From Phallusia mammillata (Eukaryota), in contig OZ281498.1 in the NCBI GenBank assembly GCA_965637545.1, forward strand, positions 23,560,001-23,624,000: DNA of 64,000 nucleotides, written 5' to 3'. Made by a program: the position numbers and the translations under genes. The notes beneath the pieces were generated by a model that did not search any database, had not been told where the DNA came from, and saw nothing but the letters and a program-made list of their open reading frames with translations. Below are positions 31,901 to 42,788 of this stretch, piece after piece. Positions within the stretch are counted from its first letter, which is position 1. Every line of letters begins with the position of its first letter.

Positions 31901-34900
31901 ATAGTTTTTAACCCCTTGAAAAATCGTTAAACTGAAATCAAGCCAATCTTCCAAGCATTACCACATATCGCAAGGCAAAGGCTAGAAAACAACTAGCCTG
32001 TGGTGGGATTCGAACCCAGGATCAGAACCTTTGCTGTGCTGATATTCTATGAATTATGCCTTTAATAGGCCTGTTGTATTATGATATATGGGTGAGCCGT
32101 ATTCGTTAACTCTTTAAGGTGGATCCCAGTTCTGAATTTTAGTTGTAAGTTTCAAGATCAAATTTACACACCACGATATATTTCAAGGTCAAATCTTGAG
32201 GTGATGCCAAAGTCACATTACAAAGTCAAGATCAATTTCTAGTCAGATAAATTGAAAGTCCTATTCAATTAGTAAATTTCAAACAAAGCCACCAACAAAA
32301 AACTTATTCCTTGTCAAAGAAAAAACAGTTGCCAATAGTAAAACGATTATTTGTCTTTTTGGCGTTCAGACGGATTTCACTACTGTGCGAACCGGTTCAA
32401 TTGGATTCGAAAGAAAAACAACGCGACGTATTCGGATCGCGTCTGTAGATTGCCGGAGAGGTACATGTGTGACGGAATAGAGCATTGTGACCAAAGAAGC
32501 GACGAGTGTCAGAACAATTGTACTTACTCGATGTTCTGTGATGAGGGAAACACATGTTTACCGAGAAGTCAACTGTGCAATGGGGAACCGAAATGCAAGT
32601 GAGTAACTAAAGAGTTGCGATTGAGTTGTTATAAGTCGAGTAAGGTAGAAAAGTTGTGCAAACGAGTACGAGTCTTGAAGCCGAGTAGTTTTGAAGCAGG
32701 ATTTAAGATCTGATTGCAGGTACCTCGAATAAATAATCGATGCGAGTACAAATTTATAGAGCGAGTAGCACAGTCCAAGTGTTTATTCAAATTACGATCG
32801 AGTTCTTAAAAGTCGAGTTGGGTGGGAGAGTTATATGGACCTAAAAATACCAAAAAACCTTGCGCTTTTCAAGCTCGAATGACTCGAATTAAAATGAGTA
32901 AACACGTGTTTACTGGTACTCGAACTCCGCATTACTTGATTCAGGTCAAAAATGCGAGCCGAAAACGAGTCTTAAAAAACGAGTAATTTAAAAGTAGAGT
33001 TCGAGTTCTGATAACAGATACTTGAATCAAATCATCGAGTGCGAAACTTATAGAGCGAGTACCATAGTCCGAGTGTTACTCTTTTTTCAACCTGAACCGG
33101 TTTTATGACTCGTTTTCCGCTCGTACTTTCGACCAGAATTCGAGTAATCGAGTATTTACTCAAATTCGAGTCATTCGAGCTTGAAAAAAGCTTTTTTTAT
33201 ATTCTTGAGTCCATATAACTTACAATCTCACAAATATGATCAACCTTTTTCATCAGGGACTTAAAAGACGAACCGGGTCTAAAGGTGGATTCCTTGTCGA
33301 AAGTGAAAGGATTCAAGTGCAACGTACCTTCGATTCACCACAGACAACTATGCGTCCTGCCACAGGTATTGAAGTTTTGCGTAAAAAAATCTTTGACTGT
33401 TCAAAGACTAAGTTTGAAATTTGTGTCTTTTATCAAGTGTTAAACTGTTAAAGCCTCATGTAAGCTTTGCATTTGCGCTATCATGCACTGCTCGCTAGGG
33501 CGCAAGGAAACCTATGCCGCTCACAAACTGGTATGTGGCCACATCGTGTACATCTAATGCACACAGTGGTCCTTAGTCCAGGCAGGGAGCTTGTTACATA
33601 TTCAAAATTATAGAGGGTCAGGGATTTTAGCCAAATTTATTATTCTGTGCTGTGTATCTTATCCCTATTGAGAAAACTAAAACGGAATTCATCCACTAAT
33701 CACAGCACAAAATAAAACGTTACAAAACAAACCTTGGAAACAAGATACAGGCATCTCGACGGCGGACTCATTTAGGTTGCCACATTAAGGCACTACCGAC
33801 TAACGCAGATTCAGTGAAATATTTGACAGTAAAGTTTCAAACACGCCCAAAATGTCAACCTATTTTAAAAGTTCGCGAAGTTAATGGATTTGTGCAATCA
33901 CAAGAAGCCATCTGTCTCGGCAAGGCAATCTCAACTGCTTTATTCGCCCACTACCATAATCTGTATACCAACCCCCCCCCCCCCCCCCTACCAACTAACT
34001 TTATGAAAGACATGACTCTGATCTACACAAACCACCAAGAATTTAAACACCGCCTTGACTTCACAGTTAACGATGCGCTCTCCGCTTCAATTTTTTGACG
34101 TACAATCGCTAGTAAAATTGGCAGATCTGTCAATTACTGGACTTAGTGCAAAGTACCACAAACAATGGCATCAAATTTCCCGCGCACTTATTCTGATCCG
34201 CACTTCGGCGTTGACTGAAGTTTGCATTTGATTACCAGAAAGCTCGCGAAAATGAGGTACTTGAGATCAAATGGGTGGTCTCAAATTGAGCACAGCAACT
34301 TTCAAAAGCTCCAAACTTAATACATAAAAACATAGAAATTTAAATAAGCAATATTAGTTGATACAGGTTATCATATTTCGGCCAAACTGTGCGAAAGATG
34401 TCAAAAAAATACAGTGGTATACCCATACTGTGGTACGCATACCACTGATGGTCACGAAGGCTTCCTTTGTTACACAAGCATACTTCCGAGTTCGTTTTTT
34501 TGTCGTTCAAGTTTGGACTGACATTTGTTTAATGTTTGATAAACTTGCCTGTTGGTTAACTTTTTTGGATCTAAGTGGAACACCATAAAGGTACAAACCA
34601 AACGAATAGTACGCGTTAAACCAGGTTTGGGAAGCACTGCAACCACAGTTAAGTAGAACAACAACTAGAGCGCAACATAACTGGCAAGTGGCAAGCTAAC
34701 CTTCTTGTAACTTAATTTGCCACACACCCCTTGAACGAATTCCTATGCACAATTGTTTTATGGTTGAGCACCCTAAACTGATTCGTATAACCTTCGTTTG
34801 CTTTTAGTTTAAGAATTTTGTGACACATATATAAGTAATACCTTAAAACGGTTGATGGAACCTACTTCTAACATTTATTATACAAACCTTTTAAAAGAAT

Positions 34901-37465
34901 TGCTGTCAATTGTTTCCATTGATTGATCACACAAAGTTTGTAAATGTATCTGGTTGTTAACCATCATATGCTTTTGGTTCGCAGGAAATGGTTGGAGATG
35001 ACACGTTCGAGTGTTCGGATGGCAGTGACGTATGTTTCAACGACAGCATGTGCGCCACCTGCCGGACAAACACAAATATTAGGATCAGGAAAAGGTACAA
35101 CTCAAGTTTTGAGCCTTGATTTTTTACCAAACATTTTTTTTTTAACTGCATTGCATAGCAGAGAAAACTTAAACACATAAAGCTTTGCAAACAAATATAT
35201 ACACATATAAAATATATGTAGTGGTTGGGAAATTATATGCGAAAGGCTTCAGTCGTTTTATTTATGTTGATGCTGTGTTTTTCTTAGTCAGCGGCCCTTT
35301 GAAATTTTGTAGTGTTTTTCTTAATGCCTATTCTTTTACATTTCAGTCAAGTGTGCGACGGTGTTTTCGATTGCCCCGACCTTTCGGACGAATGTTTCTG
35401 CTATGACGTCATCGCCTCGCCAACCTGCAGTCATTCCTGTTTTGCCCGCCAGACTTCCAAGTGCATGTGCCAAGTAGGAGAGGTGCCGTGTCTGATACAC
35501 AATGGCACAACAGTTGACCAGAACGCCCACTGTATACCGGTTTCTGGGTTTTGCAACGGAGTTGTGGACTGCCCCAACGGTGCCGACGAAATGTATTGTG
35601 ATTCTAACCAACAGTGTGATGACACGTGTCTCAAGGACGTCTCTGAGACGATGACGTGCCAGAAATCCACAGCAGGGAACCCATACGCTCCCGTGATTGC
35701 CAAAAAGTGCGACGGGAGACCTGAGTGCTCCACGATGGAGGATGAATGCGAAAGTTGTCAAAACCCGCCGGAATATTGTAACAAACGCTCCGGGGATGGC
35801 TTCTTTACTTGCGCAGAGAGCAGCATTTTACCTGGCTTGCTTGTGTGCGACGGAATCGCTCAATGCGCTGCAAAGGATGACGAGATTTTGGGATGCATCG
35901 GACGAATGGAATGCGGGAATGGGAGTGTTTACAGCGTTGAGGAGTCGCAGTGGTGTGATTTCGTTGTGGACTGTGAGTTCTGGCAGGATGAGATGAATTG
36001 CAGTAAAACGCACTTTTACTGTGAGACAGGAGAACCCGTGTTCGTGCAACGTCGCCAGATGTACGACGGCAAAGACGATTGTGCCGACGGAAGCGACGAA
36101 TGCCCACCGAGCTTCGACAACGACGCCGTTTTCTCCTCTCGTTACTACCTCATTAAAAACCATTTTCTAAAAGTAATGGTCTGGATTATGGGGCTGTTGG
36201 CAATCGGTGGTAACTTATCTGTGATGGTTCAATCTACCCGGGTGTTGAGCAACACCAAGCGGCGGAAACTCACCAAAGTTGCAATCATCTACAACTGCCT
36301 GGTGCTCAATCTGTCCTTAGCCGACTTCCTCATGGGAATTTACCTCATAGCACTCGGAATTAAAGACGCCCTGTCCACTGGGTCATATTGCAAGGAAGAC
36401 CACTCCTGGAGATCGGGCACAACTTGTGCAAGTCTTGGGGTTTTGGCAGTCCTTTCCAGTGAGGTGTCATTGACCACATTGGCCATTCTGTCAACCTATC
36501 GGGCTTATTGCGTGGTTCGTCCCGTGCAGAGCCGGGGCTTAAACGTTTGCACCACAGTGTTTTTAGCAGCTTGTACGTGGATCTTTGCTTCCATTCTAGC
36601 TTTTATTCCCTTTGCATCGCCATTACAAGATTACTTTATCTCACAAGTGTGGGTATCCCATAACCCGTACTTTAGCTCTGACATGATCAACAAGTCGGAG
36701 TTCAACGAATTCTTCCATAAGCTGCAAAACTACATTAACCTCACTGATGTCCCGAATAAGTGCCAAGTAGATAATGGCGACTCCGTTTCGTGGAGTTGCG
36801 CCCCATCATCACTCGCAGAATTTGACCAGAACTACTCCGTACTCGGATACTACGGATACTATAGCACACATGCCACGTGCTTGCCTAAAATCTTTACAAC
36901 GCGAGAAGACGTGGCTTGGGAATTTTCAATTGCACTCACAACCCTCAACTTTGTATTTTGTCTCTACATTGTCCTCGCTTACTGCGTGATATGCCGACCT
37001 CGCCAGATAAACAAGAGTTCCTTTTCAAGCCAAAGTACCCGCAACATGCAGAAGAAGATCGCAATCCTGGTGGCGTCAGACTGCGCTTGCTGGTTACCGA
37101 TTTGTACTATCGTTTTTCTGTGGTTTGCTCAAGTACCGATATCGAGTATCGTTTACGCGATCACGGCCGTTATTCTGTTGCCTATTAACAGCGCGTTAAA
37201 CCCTCTGTTTTACTCAAACGCCATTCATAATCTCTTCAGTGAGTTCGCCAACTTTGCAAACAAAATAAATCCACACGGCTGTTATTTGTTACGTGGCGGG
37301 GGTCGACAAGAAAGAGCACAGAACAAGGGTAGGTCTGAGGGTCGAAGTAGGCGCCTCTTGGAGGAAACTGAAATGGAAACCCGTGGTCGTGTTTCGAGGT
37401 CTGAATCCCGTGTGGTGACAGAGCATACATTTGTTGACAATGCTATGAACGAGTCAGTGATATAG
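7993..37465 (+). CDS. LDLa-repeat class A GPCR (RXFP/GRL101-like 7TM, about 17 LDLa modules, no LRRs), 1230 aa
   Basis: 12 exons, all GT-AG and phase-compatible: 7993-8056 (signal peptide MDLKPFLVCLIVSILQGSGIP), 10437-10561, 15887-16059, 19723-19962, 24887-24987, 28685-28829, 29527-29649, 31122-31276, 32370-32598, 33257-33365, 34985-35094, 35347-37465. Total 3693 nt = 1230 aa + stop. Repeated CDGxxDCxDxSDE motifs. 7TM motifs: GN in TM1, NLSLADFLMGIY, YRA at the DRY position, CWLP, NSALNPLFY. Confidence 0.9.
8153..8348. mobile_element. hAT-like MITE, CAGTGGTGGGATT family
   Basis: TIR CAGTGGTGGGA ... TCCCACCACTG; exact 8-bp TSD CATTTAAC; internal similarity to copies at 26340-27019 and 29229-29414. 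Confidence 0.85.
9764..9796. repeat. 9-bp tandem repeat (CAGCCAATT, about 3.5 units)
   Basis: cagccaatt cagccaatt cagccaatt cagcca read directly. Confidence 0.8.
23288..23448. repeat. Hairpin with about 42-bp arms (MITE-like)
   Basis: CAGACTAAAAACTTTGACAAGTCTGAAGTCGTTCACCGTTTT pairs with AAAACGGTGGACGACTTCAGACTTGTCAAAGTTTTCAGTCTG with few mismatches. Confidence 0.8.
23831..24150. mobile_element. hAT MITE
   Basis: CAGTGTTTCTTAACC ... GGTTAAGAACCCCTG; TSD ATCTAAAA / ACCTAAAA (7 of 8). A truncated relative starts at 58927. Confidence 0.8.
26340..27019. mobile_element. Left-truncated CAGTGGTGGGATT-family MITE interrupted by a nested element
   Basis: Collinear with the intact copy at 29229-29414 once 26434-26947 and one TSD copy are removed; right TIR GAATCCCACCACTG is present. 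Confidence 0.8.
26434..26947. mobile_element. Nested hAT-type MITE (TAGAGATG termini, rich in TTCGG/CCGAA motifs)
   Basis: TIR TAGAGATGTACCGA / TCGGTACAACACTA (12 of 14); exact 8-bp TSD GTTCGCTG; the empty site is visible in the 29229-29414 copy. Confidence 0.9.
29229..29414. mobile_element. CAGTGGTGGGATT-family MITE, intact
   Basis: CAGTAGTGGGATTC ... GAATCCCACCACTG; TSD GAACCAGT / CAACCAGT. Confidence 0.85.
29765..30696. mobile_element. hAT (Charlie-type) non-autonomous element with GGCCCG subterminal repeats, containing a nested MITE
   Basis: CAGGGGTGGGCAAC ... GTTGCCCGCCCCTG; exact TSD ATCTAACA. Confidence 0.9.
30057..30563. mobile_element. Inner hAT MITE
   Basis: Perfect TIR CAGGGGTGGGGAACC ... 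GGTTCCCCACCCCTG; flanks GCCTAGTT / GTTTAGGT match only 5 of 8. Confidence 0.75.
32620..33200. repeat. CGAGT/ACTCG-rich degenerate repeat, probably MITE-derived, with an internal ~300-bp-spaced direct duplication
   Basis: Dense CGAGT/TCGAG motifs; TTATAGAGCGAGTA..AGTCC.AGTGTT occurs near 32755 and near 33048. Confidence 0.55.
35347..37465 (+). CDS. Terminal exon of the LDLa-GPCR: end of LDLa 12, LDLa 13-17, hinge, whole 7TM and C-tail
   Basis: Corresponds to track ORF 35312..37465 from the acceptor tttcag at 35346. Confidence 0.93.
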
Positions 37466-39314
37466 CTTTTCCAAAAAAAACGCCCTGCGTAGTGTGTTTC
37501 AGTGTTTCCGTTGAATGTCTTTGTTGCTCGTTTTTTGCATCCGCATCCTCACCGTAATCTCTTCAACGTAAGATTTCTTCACGCATCTGCCCGAATGTTC
37601 CTTGAGTATTTTCGTATGTTTCTTGTGTCCCTTGGCCTAGTACTCCCGCTTTATGCATGCCAAAACTTCAAATATGTTTCTAGCATGGCTTTGTGCGATT
37701 TTGCGGGTTCCTAACGAGCTCATCCCATCGTCAACGTTCAGAAAGTTACCTTTTAAACCGTTTTGAAAGTTGAACCAAGCCTGTATCTATTGTTGTCGTA
37801 TTCATCGCCGAAAAAGCTTGTTGCAAAATCTGATCTTAGCATGCAAGCAAAAATTGAACATGTCCTAATGACTATTTTGCAATGATTGTTTGCTAGTCTG
37901 CTTCCAAGAAATCCAAATTATATATGTGTTCGCCTGAAGGTTATGGCGTTGTTCAATAGTCATTCTTGTTGTTGCTGTACTGTGACCCTCGTACTTATGA
38001 AGATGTACATATACATACTTATCTAAACGTTGTGAAACGATTTGGGACAAAAGAGATATTTTGTTTGGACTTTCTCCAATCCCCAAAGATCTGTCCCAAT
38101 TACTTTTAAAAAAACTACAAAAAGGAGGTTAGCTAGATCTGGTCTGCGTGATTTCGTGGTGAAGACAAGAAAGCTTAAGATCAAGCAGCGGGTAACTTGT
38201 TTTTGTTGATGGTGATTAAGTAATGTTCACGAGTTAGACCAGGGGTTACCAAACTTTGTTGACAGCGGTCCGCAAGCTCAAGTTACATGCCAAGACGTAA
38301 GATCTCGGAAATAGACAAAAAACAACAACTACCAGACAGATAGTAATTGAAATCTAAAATGCACGCAAAACGGTAAACTTGTAGCACGCAGGGGATGTGT
38401 GTAAGCTCAATGATCTATATTAAACACTATAAATGTACATGTAAAAAAGCTTACTGTAGTATGTTTAAACTAATTTCCACAGCCATAGGAGGTAAATTAG
38501 TATATTGGATTGGTAGATGCTGTTAAAGTCTACCCGCTATACTTTTTCAACAGTACTGCAAAAATTATGCTAATTTAAGATTCATTTGGTTACAAGTTTC
38601 TAACAAAAACGCAGCATGCACCTTTTTTAACCACTAAGCACATCACACAAAAAGTAAATATTGGATAGATTCACCTTGTTCTTGGTGCAATAATTGTTTA
38701 GACACATTGTTTAAAATAAATCAATATTGTGCAGCTGTTTGAAACACATTTTTCATATCCATCCTTCGCCGTAAAAAATGGGAAGCTTACATGTTAAAAA
38801 CTACTCGTAAAAACTTTAAAAATGTAGGTTACTAATTGCTAATTGTACACACACAAAACAGTCAATAAAACACAGTAAACTTTAACTTGGCTGTAGGTAC
38901 CGTCAACTATATTCATGTTTGGGCAAACCTAAAAGCATTTGCTGCAACAGACTTTTCGTTCCACGCTGTGACACAACTATTAGACCATTAAAAACTTGAT
39001 TAAGAACTACTTGTAGTAGTACAGTACAACATCACTAAATCACTGAACTAGATTTCTCACTCTACCACGAGTCGAAGGTACTGAGAAGTTTCATTCCACA
39101 ACGCAAAATTTAAGTGTGGCGTAACAAACGTCGGGTACTTTCCCACACCAAGTAGCGTCATCCGAATTTTTTTGTGTAAATGGGAAGGTGTTCATCTCAC
39201 AGTTTTGTTAATGATGCAACATAAAACATTAAATTAACATATATATTGGTGCAATGTGGTTATTACAAAAGGCTGTAGGCAAAACCGTACACAAATACAA
39301 TTCAGCCTCTAGGT

Positions 39315-39470
39315 CAGTGGTTCCCAACCAGAGAGGGAATTTGTGTCACAACATTAATCTATTACTGGTTGTCGGTGCTATGTGTTATTGCTGCACTAAA
39401 TTTGTAGGGGGAATTAAATTTGAATATCGACTAAAAGGGTGCACAGGACAAAAAAGGTTGGGAACCACTG
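39315..39470. mobile_element. hAT MITE
   Basis: CAGTGGTTCCCAACC ... GGTTGGGAACCACTG; exact TSD CTCTAGGT. Confidence 0.9.
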
Positions 39471-40658
39471 CTCTAGGTCTTTGTTGTGAGGGTGTTTCAA
39501 TTTTAAAATAGAAAAAAAGGTACGAGTAAGTTTGTTTCAGTGGTTCCTAACCTATTCATCATTGTGGCCCTGGGAACAACCAGATGAGTTTCATTTACCC
39601 TGTCTCAATAAACTCATATTATCATCTATGGCACCACACAACTAAAAAAATGATGAAGTAATTACCCCTTTACGTTGGGGTAATTACCCACAGGCTGAGA
39701 CCCACTGGCTTAACTTATGTCAAGGGGTGGAGTTTATCATATCCTTGCTAGAATTTTGGGGGCAGATTTTGTTAACTTTGACTAAAGTTTGAATACGTAT
39801 GGTGCTGGTCAAAACGGCAAACTGATTCTTTTTTAAACAACAGATTTTTTTGGCTTTGTTTATGAGTTAATAGTAAATGATGATGGTGATAACATTTAAT
39901 TTTTCTTACGCTAGTTTCTAGAACAATATGCAGTCAAACGTACCATATATTCCAAAAAAATTAACACAATAAAAAAACATTGCTTTGTTTTACAGACAAT
40001 TTATTTTATCCTGAAGCTCCATAGGAGCGTATTTGAGACAATGTGGTGTGGTACACATGGTATGAAATAAAATAATGCAATAAAACAGTGGGGTCAAGTG
40101 CACAAAGAGAGTAGACTTCACAAATGGCTGTCATGCCAAAATGAACAAATGGACTGCATGAATTTATCAGAACCGCTTTTAAATCTATAAACAAACGGTG
40201 TGTGCCAAAATAACTTTTTTGTTGCTGGAGACATATGGCTAATTTTGTTTACAGGTTACATATCCTGGCACATATGCTTTATAAATGGGTATATCTACTA
40301 ATATTGTACTTTTAGAGTTACATTTTGCAAAAGGAATTTACAACAGCAGTTCTTCACTAGGCTTTGCATGGTACTTTTCACAGTAAAAATATTTTTCCAG
40401 CCAGCATGTTTTATACAGATGTTATTTATCACACAGTCTGATGAAATAAATACAGTTTGATTGTGTAGTTTATAACGCAAATCATTTTCGTGTTTCTTAG
40501 GTCTTTCTAAGCTGTATGAATGTTTTAAATTTAAATTAGTTTCACTACAGAGAATAAGCAATGAAGATATACTGTACCTTCCAAGGCAACAAAAAACAAA
40601 ACAAAAGTAACTCGGGATGAAACTAAAAGGCACAGGCTGAAATGATTTCAGGGCATTG

Positions 40659-41324
40659 TTACCTCACATATAGTGAGCCATCAGATGGCCCTAGGTAACC
40701 GGTAGCTATTAGAATCACATCAATTAAGGTCCATACACCAAGTCCTCCAAAGCTAAAAAATTTACCTAAGCCTTCTCGCCAATAACCAAGATAAAAACGA
40801 TCTATACCAAAGCCGCCCAGAGTGATACTAAGTACAAAAGCAGCTGACCAGCTGTATCCTGAAGTCCAATTACAAGGCACCATTTTGGTAAAGTTCCTGT
40901 TACCTAAACAGAAGACATAGTCATTTGTGGAACAGCTTGCTTTGACTCTTTGCCTTGGTGTTGCAACAACCTTGCAAGTGGTGTTGTTTTGATAGCAGAT
41001 ATGTTCGTCATTTGGTTTAGTCAAAAAACAGTAGCGACATTGAAATGTTTTTAGCATAACGCGATCACCAGTGCACGTTGCACTTTCAAGTACTGAACAA
41101 TTAAACTTGACATTTTCGCCATATGTGCAGTTGTCACTTGTCTGGCAGCTGTAACAGCATGCCGGAAGATTTGAGCAGTTTCCCTCACAGTTAGCTGTCG
41201 TAACATTCATTGTTTCACTGCATTTTGACTTGGAATTTGAACTTGCAAATGATTTTGAGGTAATAAGTGATAGGACAATGACTTCAAAATGCAGAAGTTG
41301 AAAAGTCCATCTTTTAATCTCCAT
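40659..41324 (-). CDS. TM2D3: TM2 domain-containing protein 3 (almondex ortholog), single coding exon, 221 aa
   Basis: Signal peptide, Cys-rich ectodomain (FQCRYCF…CLGNRNFTKMVPCNWTSGYSW), and TM2 signature SITLGGFGIDRFYLGYWREGLGKFFSFGGLGVWTLIDVILIATGYLGPSDGSLY. Confidence 0.95.
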   Translation of the reverse strand: MEIKRWTFQLLHFEVIVLSLITSKSFASSNSKSKCSETMNVTTANCEGNCSNLPACCYSCQTSDNCTYGENVKFNCSVLESATCTGDRVMLKTFQCRYCFLTKPNDEHICYQNNTTCKVVATPRQRVKASCSTNDYVFCLGNRNFTKMVPCNWTSGYSWSAAFVLSITLGGFGIDRFYLGYWREGLGKFFSFGGLGVWTLIDVILIATGYLGPSDGSLYVR

Positions 41325-42086
41325 TGTTTCTCAGAAATATGTATTTTTCCTTCAGGTTCATTGCATCATGTGCTCTTGCTTTTGCTCCAAATGACTGATC
41401 GGTATATCTTTGTATCATATCAAGTCTGTGTTTCAAGTCACTCATTACATATTAATAAACCCTAGAAACAAAAAGTCAGTTAAACCAATTGAAACAGTTT
41501 CTTAATTTTTTGGCAAACATTGGGCAAAAAATCAAATACCTCACTTCCTATGTTACAAACAGAAATTGACCCTATTTTAAAAAAACAATCACCTCAAATT
41601 TTTGGTATTTTAAAGATTGAACATATTTCCTTCTTTACCGGACAACAAAAACGTTGTGCAACAATGACATATCACATCCTATATTTGATACGAATTACGA
41701 ACGTCACTAAATTGTATGTTAAATACGTATTGCGGTAAAATTACAAATAAAACTATGTTTTAATCACAGTTTTTGTTGATCCAGCTCAAAGTATAATTAA
41801 AAACAAACAAACGAATATTATACATAAACATCCGAATGTTAATCACCACATATTCTATGGGTTCCCTTAATTTACATACGTCTGCATACTTTAACGGCAC
41901 CAACACAGAACTTGCTTTTACGATTTCTGTTTGGCGTGATGTATGTTTTATTTTAAATCTTCCAAAGACACAAAATCTATCCAAAAATGGGCAAACCTAT
42001 GCTGTAGCTATAGCTTCGGTCTCTAAGTGAAATAAACACTACTTAACACAACCCAATACGTAACGCGAAACTTTGCCTTGCAATCT

Positions 42087-42378
42087 GGTGTATCTAAAAT
42101 ATACAGGATCGCTTGGTACATTTTTATTACCACTTAATGCACCTTAGTATCGCTTGGTGTATCTTTATGCCATTGGAGAAACTTTATATCGCCACGCAAA
42201 GGTGTATCAAGCAATTATATAGTTACACCGAGCGACAAAAGTGCACTGAGTCACATAAAGGTGCACCAAGCGATATAAGAATGCATCAAGCGATGTTAAA
42301 GGTGCACCAAGCGATATAAACATGCACCAAGCAATATAACGTGCACTAAGCGAACCTGTATATTTTAGATGCACTCCC
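42087..42378. mobile_element. MITE with ~20-bp TIRs and inward-facing GCACCAAGCGATATAA motif arrays
   Basis: GTGTATCTAAAATATACAGG ... CCTGTATATTTTAGATGCAC; about five tandem ~20-bp units at 42260-42352 and inverted copies near 42108-42162. Confidence 0.7.
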
Positions 42379-42399
42379 TAACACTGATACAAATTGAAA

Positions 42400-42532
42400 A
42401 GTTATGGAGTCGCTACATTTTCGTCAGTTACGTTGAAATCCATCAAGTTTTTGCTGGACTGGAGAGCATGGGATTAGAACCCACAGCCATGTGATCACAA
42501 GGCGGTTGCGTTAACAATTCGGCCACCATTGC
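42400..42532 (-). mobile_element. tRNA-derived SINE head (second family)
   Basis: Minus strand GGTGGCCGAATTGTTAACGCAACCGCCTTGTGATCACATGGCTGTGGGTTCTAATCCCA contains A-box-like and B-box-like motifs; the 3' extent is uncertain. Confidence 0.55.
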
Positions 42533-42573
42533 AAAACATTCAGTGAAACCGGCGATGGGCGTACCCATTAGAC

Positions 42574-42788
42574 CAGTGGTCGGCAACCACCGGGCCGCGA
42601 CCCAGCGCCGGTCCATGAGGGGTTTGTTACCAGACCGCATAACACTTGCTCAAGGTTCACATTGAATCAAAGTTGTAATAGCTGTAATTGGTTTTCAGTG
42701 CTGAACATTTGTGGTTTTTAAAGGCCCGTCTGCGATAAAAATTTCAGTTTCAAACCGGTCCGCAGTGCAAAAAAGGTTGCCGACCCTG
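42574..42788. mobile_element. hAT MITE
   Basis: CAGTGGTCGGCAACC ... GGTTGCCGACCCTG; flanks CATTAGAC / CGGTAGAC (6 of 8). Confidence 0.75.

Noticed and set aside
35336-37430. Several overlapping 64-141 aa ORFs
   Set aside because: Shadow frames of the GC-richer GPCR terminal exon.
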